Source: Diplonema japonicum (Eukaryota; Protista; Euglenozoa: Diplonemea). Taken from it: a stretch of 64,000 bases of DNA. Of this stretch, positions 58,056-64,000 are shown piece after piece. Location of the stretch: the NCBI GenBank assembly GCA_964019335.1, contig OZ025648.1:682001-746000 (forward strand), in the 5' to 3' direction. The position numbers were made by a program, and so were the translations under genes. Numbering within the stretch: position 1 is the stretch's first letter; each line of letters starts with the position of its first letter. The notes under the pieces are model-generated. The model was not told where the DNA came from, did no database searches, and saw only the letters and a program-made list of their open reading frames with translations.

Positions 58056-59436
58056 GTAAAAAGAAAGAGAGAAGAGGGGGAAGATTTTTTTTTTTCGTTA
58101 TTAGGAATTTGTATTCTTTTCACCCCCCTCCCCTTTCATCATAGTAATTTTTTTTGTAATACTAAAAAACCCTTTTTTTTTCGATTTACCAGTGTGGGTA
58201 AGGGTTTTTTTTTTGGTGTCTCTTTTTTTTTCCCCGTAATAGTTCTTTTTTTTTTCTTCTCGTTCTTTTCTTCCTCTCCCCCCCCCCCCCGTTTTTCTTC
58301 TCTCTCTCCTCTTTTTTTTCCCCTTCGCTAGCTGTAGTTACAGAAGAGTTGAACGAACAAAAGCAAGGAAAGAAAAGAAAAATACCCCCTCCCCCGTTGT
58401 CGCCCTTTTATTGTTCGAGAAAAAGGAGTCCAAAAAATAAGCACGCTCGCCCTTCCTCCTGGGAAAAAAAGAGCAACATCTTTTCGGGGGGGGGGGGGGT
58501 GAAGCCGTTTTTTTCAATGTCCCTTTTTTTTCTCCCAGTCCTCGTTCTTTTTCTCCCCCTTTTTTTTGTTCTCCCAAACTGGAGGCGAAGTCCCAGCAAT
58601 CGCCCCTGCTTTTTTTCCTTTTTTTTTTCCTTTTTTTTTTTTAAAAAAAAAGCAATAATTAGCTTATTTATTTACCAACCCGAAAAAAGAGTTGAATAAT
58701 GCCACAGCTTGGCGGTAAGTAAGTAGTCTTATTTCACCCTTTCGTCATCTTTTTTTTTTTCTTGGGCCGCTCATTGTTGCTCTCATTACTATGGTCCACA
58801 ATAACCAAAGAAAATACGTCCAGAAAAGATTTTTTCAAAAGGAGTTGGTGTTTTCCACAATAGAAACTGTGCAAGTAATGGCCCAGGGAGGAATCGTGTC
58901 CAAGAATTCCTCCACCACTCTGAGTCCACTTTAGAAAATTGACGAGGGGCGCGAAGAAAAAAAAAAAAAAAAACTGTACCACTAAAACATGGGGGGAAAA
59001 AATACAAAACAAAAATAGACAAAAAAATCTTTGCTTCAAAAACAAAAAAAAAGAAAGTAGCTGAACACTTGTTTTTTTTTTTTCTTTTTTTTTTTCGTTT
59101 CCTAACTTTTTTTATTATTATTATAATCCCCTTGCTAACTCACTGTTTGTCTTACTTTATTATCCCTCATTTAAGAAAAAAAAAAGAAAAAAAAAAAAAC
59201 ACTCAAGAAAGTGCGAATCCGAGCAAATAAGAATGCTGTAGTTCGCAATATGAAAGGCACACCATCACCACCTTGTTTCATGATGAACAGAACGCTTGAT
59301 ATTTTTATTCTATTTTATTTGTTTTATTTCCCCGTTCGATTTTCCCCTTCTCTCTCTCCCCCTGCTTTACAACACACCTTTCTCTCGGAAATCACTGTTT
59401 TCTTAGTATCTTTGGAAAGGAAGAAAGACGGGAAAG

Positions 59437-59476
<40 letters not shown>

Positions 59477-59881
59477 ATCTTTTTTTGTTTCTCCAGATCT
59501 AAGAAAAAAACGTGAATTGGGTCAAGATATCCCCTTCCTTTTTATTTTTTTTTAATCCTGAGTTGACTTGGAGCGTGTGAAAGCCACGTAGTGTAACCCA
59601 TCTTCGCCATAAAGTGGAAATGGGATGCCACTGCTACACCACAGTCAGAACTTTTAGTAATCGGTGCTCGATATTTTTTTGAGCTTTCCGCTCCCCAACA
59701 GGGATACCCTTTCTTTGAAGTTCCCCCCCCTTTCCCATAAAAAAGAAGCTTTCCCCCACCTCGTTACTTCTTCTTTTTTTGTGATGCTTCCCCCCCCCCC
59801 CCCCCTCCTTTCTTTTCGTTTTTTTTTCCTCTTTTTTTTTTCCCCCCTTCCCCACCGTGGTTCACATTAAGGTTTTTGGAT

Positions 59882-60649
59882 ATGAGTCTGTTCGATGCGG
59901 TGTCGCAAAAATGCAAAGAAGTAGGCCTGCGAAAAAAAGCCTTGGGGTCCGAGCACGTAGATGGTGAAGAGGCTGGCGAACGAGCATTGGTAGAAGCGGT
60001 TGTCAACGGAGATGAAAGGAAGGTGGAGAGGGTGCTGCTTGCAGGTATTGATGCGGACCTTACTGTGGGCGGTGAGCCTATATTACATATTGCAGCCGCG
60101 GATGGGTTTGTGAAAGTGGTGCAAAGCCTGATCAGGTTGGGGGCTACTGTGGACCAACGATGCGCCGATAATAAAAATCGGACAGCTCTTCATGCAGCAG
60201 CAGTCCACAACCATGAAGTGGTGGTCGCGCAGCTTGTGCTGAGCGGGGCGGAAGTAGATGCGAGAGACACCAACGGACAGACACCCCTGCACTTAGCAGC
60301 CTCGCGGAGTTATAAGCCGCTGTGCAACTACCTCATCAGTAAAGGTGCTTCCATCAGAGTGGCCGACGTCTTCAACTATACCCCAACAGAGCTCATGCTC
60401 GAGTCGTTGCAGCACCCCGCCGTCGAAACTACCATTACGAGGACTGCCGTGTCCGCCACGCACCTCCGAGACCTCTTTTTTCACCACTCCCAAGGGAAGG
60501 ACCGTCTTTCTAAGGACAAGTTCGTTGAAATCCTGAGCGAGATCGACCATATGAGCCTCCCGTGCAGGCCGCCGGTATGGCAGGACAACGTTGAGACAAT
60601 CGGATTGCAAGAGTTCGCCATCGAAGCACTGAAGGTGGCACAATGGTGA
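59882..60649 (+). CDS. Ankyrin-repeat protein
   Basis: PILHIAAADG, RTALHAAAVHN, and GQTPLHLAASRS repeats. Confidence 0.9.
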   Translation: MSLFDAVSQKCKEVGLRKKALGSEHVDGEEAGERALVEAVVNGDERKVERVLLAGIDADLTVGGEPILHIAAADGFVKVVQSLIRLGATVDQRCADNKNRTALHAAAVHNHEVVVAQLVLSGAEVDARDTNGQTPLHLAASRSYKPLCNYLISKGASIRVADVFNYTPTELMLESLQHPAVETTITRTAVSATHLRDLFFHHSQGKDRLSKDKFVEILSEIDHMSLPCRPPVWQDNVETIGLQEFAIEALKVAQW

Positions 60650-60660
60650 CGAACGGGTGA

Positions 60661-60693
<33 letters not shown>

Positions 60694-60738
60694 TTCCAGT
60701 TTTTTTTTTTTTTTTTTTTTTCTTTTTTTTTTTTTTTT

Positions 60739-61079
60739 GAGGATCAAGCGGATCCTGGATACGCTGCAAGCGACATGGATGAGGGAGAAGAGGAGACGCG
60801 CTTTTCCGGCGCAGTCATGCAAGAACGTGAGATCACTACGATCCATTGGCCGCGACCACGTCGTTGGCTTTGATAGGAGGGCCCTGTTTGCATCGGGGCT
60901 GACGGCGACCAAGCTGAAAGGACTGAGAGAAGATTACCGGAAAGAAAGGATTGGAAGATATAAACGACAGCTAGGCACTACGGTGGGTAGCAGGGAACGA
61001 CCCCAAAAGGGGAGCATCATAAGGTAGGCACGCCACCGCGGCGGGCCGTTGCTAACCACTTCGTTCCTATCATAGTGAA
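60739..61079 (+). mobile_element. 5'-truncated retroposon family B (ORF stop 61027), T-tailed
   Basis: The translated RIKRILDTLQ...RRAFPA...VRSLRSIG...GFDRRALFA...QKGSIIR* is homologous to the family A C-terminus (RIKALIVKIN...RRPFPA...VKSLIAIG...GFSRRPIFA...QKGSINR*). Long T-tracts on both sides. Confidence 0.8.
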
Positions 61080-61195
61080 TTTTTTTTTTTTTTTTCCTTC
61101 CACCCCGGGTTTAATTCTCTTTCTTTTCCAGGGGCACAGAGTGGCAGGGGGAGGGGGGGTGGTGATCCTTTTTAAAAAAAAAAAAAGAAGGAAAA

Positions 61196-62020
61196 ATGGA
61201 AGTAACAAGCACGACAATTCAAAGACTGGCCTCTCTGCAGCAGCTGAAGAACGCCAAAGTAAAGGCGGTGGAGAGCGAAGAGTTCATGGCAGCCCAGAAG
61301 CTACACGAGGAGATGATGCAGATAGAGACAAAATCAGAGCTAGACGGATCATTCTCAATGGAAGCCCTGCTAGGCGCCAGGGAACAGATGGTACTAGAAG
61401 AATCTTTCAACGCAGCACAGGTGATCCAGGACAAGATAGACACGATAAGGCTCCGAAGAAGCAGTTACTCGGGATTGTCGGGGCTGAAAGTAGGCAGACA
61501 GGACGAATTCCTGGGACGAGCAGAGCTTTCACTTGAAAAAATTCCTGCCGCGTTACAAAAAAAAGAGAGGGTGACATGGTTCCACACCCTCTCGCTGGTG
61601 GACAATGGCATCGCTGGTGATACACACTGCAGTAAACTTGTCGTTAAGATTACCCTTCTCAATGATGTTAAAGAGACGCAGAATGCTATCGATTTCACAG
61701 TCAGTGTTGTTGAGGTGAAGGGGTTACCTTATGCATTTTCTCACTCGGTGACCTCGAGTTTCTTTCTGAAGGACCTGTCAGAGGAGTACGTGTCTAAGGA
61801 GTTGAAGATGACGGTCAATCCGGTTTTTAACTTCAGCAGACGCTTTGCCTTTGCTTCGCTGACACCGTCGCTCTCCAACTGGTTTTGCTCACCGGACACT
61901 ATTTCGTTTCAAGTCAAAGGTCTCGAGTCACCTTTGTCCCCGTCGAATTTGTACTTCCAGGCAGTACCCGTGCAAGGTTATCCTCGCCGTTCTTCGATGA
62001 TGTCCCAGTCTCTTAGGTGA
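61196..62020 (+). CDS. Protein with two UVR-like helical motifs and a C2-like domain
   Basis: KVKAVESEEFMAAQKLHEEM and REQMVLEESFNAAQVIQDKI, then FTVSVVEVKGLP...NPVFNFSRRF. Confidence 0.7.
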   Translation: MEVTSTTIQRLASLQQLKNAKVKAVESEEFMAAQKLHEEMMQIETKSELDGSFSMEALLGAREQMVLEESFNAAQVIQDKIDTIRLRRSSYSGLSGLKVGRQDEFLGRAELSLEKIPAALQKKERVTWFHTLSLVDNGIAGDTHCSKLVVKITLLNDVKETQNAIDFTVSVVEVKGLPYAFSHSVTSSFFLKDLSEEYVSKELKMTVNPVFNFSRRFAFASLTPSLSNWFCSPDTISFQVKGLESPLSPSNLYFQAVPVQGYPRRSSMMSQSLR

Positions 62021-62661
62021 ACGGGAGGGAAAAAAAAAAAAAAAAAAGGTAGTTTCCACTACCTCTTTGGATCATCATAGACGTCAACATACTGTGCTTT
62101 TTTTTTCGAATCGCAAGCTGCTTCCTCGATGGCGGCACTTGATGGGGCCCCGAAGCCTTGACGCATGCTGCCGTCGGAAGGGACATCGTTGGCTTGTACC
62201 ACACACACGCAGTGGCAAGAAACGTTATGCGCTCTTTTTCCATCTCCCTCATTACTTGCAAGCCCCGTTTTTAGAGGACACACCTCGGAGCCAAAACAGC
62301 TCCGTTACGCAAACAAAGAATAGTCCGTCTTGTTTTTCTTTTTCTTTTTTTTTTTTTCTTCTTTCCGTATTAACAACAGTATATTGCCGTGTACTAAAAA
62401 GAAAGAAAGGGGGAGAAAAAAAAAAGAAGGGGTATTATGTTTTTTGATCGATTTTTTCTTAATACACGGAACAAGAAAAAAAGGATCCCCCCCCCCCCCC
62501 CCCTGCGCTTTCTCTCTCGCTTTATTATTTCCGGTCTGTTCTTTGCTTTTCTTTCTCTCTTTCTTCATGTTTGAATTTTCCTTCCTCCCACAAAAGGAGA
62601 AAAAGAAAAAAAAGAAGGGGGGAAAAAAAAACAGGAATAAAGGGGAAAAAAAAAGAAAAAA

Positions 62662-63205
62662 ATGGCCGACGAATCAAAATGGGTTGAAATTTGGGACTTA
62701 TTTGACTCGAAAAAAGCTGGTGCAATTTCAAAATCCGACTTTTTGGCGTGTGTGAGATCTTTGGGAAGGAAGTACACCGAAAAGGTATCACATTTTTTTT
62801 TTTATTCTCCATTTTTTTTCTTCCTTCATATAGGACATGAATGAAAAAACCGCCGGTCTCCCCGATCCAGTCCCTAAAGATCAGTTTTTAGCTTTTATGA
62901 AGGAACCATACACGGGGCCCACTGCTGAAGACTTGAAAACGGCTCTTACTGCCTTCGATGGGAAAGACAGTGGATCGCTGCCAATCAGCCAAATTAACAT
63001 GATGCTGAAGGGGATGGGCGATAAGCTGACAGACGAAGAGGCGCAAATCATTCTGGACGGACTCCCACAGGAGGGTGGGCAGGTCAATATCGAAAAAATG
63101 ATAGAATTCCTCAACCCCCCCCTCCCTTCGACCACACCAAACATGGACGAACTCAGAAAAGAAATTGAGTTAGAAGAGGCGGCTGCGATCGCTGCTGGAA
63201 ACTAG
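62662..63205 (+). CDS. Calmodulin-like EF-hand protein; intron 62785-62833
   Basis: EIWDLFDSKKAGAISKSDF and ALTAFDGKDSGSL...MGDKLTDEEA. A 49-nt intron is in phase 0. Confidence 0.85.
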
Positions 63206-63327
63206 ATAGATGTCCCCCCCCCCCCCCCTTGTTGTCTTTCCTTAGTGTTTGTTTGTTTGTGTGTTCCATTCTTTTTCTGTCTTTGCTGCCACCTCCCCAC
63301 ACACACACAACAGTCGACACGTTCAAC

Positions 63328-64000
63328 ATGATGCTTGTATTGGCGGTTGCCGCTCTCAGCGGCACCTGCAAGCTCTCTGCTTGGGAACAAGCAATTCTCG
63401 ATAAACACAATGAATGGAGGGGCAACACACAGCCCGCTGCCAAAGACATGTTCAAAGTGCGTTGGGACACAACCATTGCCACCAACATGGCCAACCACAT
63501 CAACAGATGCGACACAAACTGGCCTCACTCCGACCAGGACACTTACAGGAAGAACGTTGGTGGGTACGAGTTCCTTGGTGAGAATCTTGCATACTGTGCA
63601 GGCACGGCTTGCGAGGCGTTGATGAGTGATGGCATTCCCGGGTACCTTGGGCAGAGTTGGTGGGATGAGAAGGATGACTACAACTGGTACACTGACAAAT
63701 CCAATGGTGGTGTGACTTCGCATTACACACAAATGTCTTCTTCCAACATCTACGCCATTGGGTGTGCTGCTGTGAAGTGTCCATCTCCCGGTCCTTATGG
63801 TTGGAGTGGTGAATGGTGGGAGTTTGGGTGCCAGTATGGTGAAAGGGGACAAGGTTACTGGATTGGCACAAAGCCATTTGAGCAAGGGTCTGGTGGTCTC
63901 ATTGAACCTGCCGATTCTGTCTACACCAAGAACCCTGATCTGTGCAAGGATGCAGGCAGCACACCACCAACACCTCCCACACCCCCGACACCTCCCACTC
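63328..64000 (+). CDS. Secreted CAP/SCP (PR-1-like) domain protein, runs off the window end
   Basis: Signal peptide MMLVLAVAALSG, then ILDKHNEWR, LGENLAY, HYTQM, IGCAAVKC, and a Pro/Thr linker. Confidence 0.88.
   Translation, partial: MMLVLAVAALSGTCKLSAWEQAILDKHNEWRGNTQPAAKDMFKVRWDTTIATNMANHINRCDTNWPHSDQDTYRKNVGGYEFLGENLAYCAGTACEALMSDGIPGYLGQSWWDEKDDYNWYTDKSNGGVTSHYTQMSSSNIYAIGCAAVKCPSPGPYGWSGEWWEFGCQYGERGQGYWIGTKPFEQGSGGLIEPADSVYTKNPDLCKDAGSTPPTPPTPPTPPT

Noticed and set aside
62017-62330. Possible extra exon of the C2-like gene, or a minus-strand ORF
   Set aside because: Candidate acceptors lead to immediate stops, and no recognisable protein results.
1-64000. tRNA, rRNA, CRISPR arrays, or a reassigned genetic code
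   Set aside because: None recognised. Apparent premature stops are explained by GT-AG introns, and TAA, TAG and TGA all terminate conserved genes.

Overview
Eukaryotic (euglenozoan, most consistent with a diplonemid) genomic DNA. About 35 protein genes all lie on the + strand as one unidirectional cluster, often only 65-130 nt apart, which implies polycistronic transcription with trans-splicing. Lineage markers include a BILBO1-family protein, four amastin-like tetraspan genes and a G6PD with an N-terminal helical docking domain. Unlike kinetoplastids, many genes carry tiny (31-56 nt) GT-AG introns, which I resolved by hand. Twenty of the 22 introns lie within 600 coding nt of the stop codon, and many acceptors are A/C-rich rather than pyrimidine-rich. 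Larger intergenic regions are homopolymer-rich and carry several mobile elements: an internally deleted piggyBac inside an intron of a Kv channel gene, a TA-flanked MITE with its empty site nearby, and a palindromic Crypton-like element. The most notable feature is at least four families of 5'-truncated retroposon-like elements that end in oligo(T) rather than poly(A) on their sense strand and sit inside T-tracts. Paralogous empty sites support T-tract targeting, and the elements are concentrated in the UTR/intergenic regions of the amastin-like cluster. All calls are from manual reading; no database searches were run.
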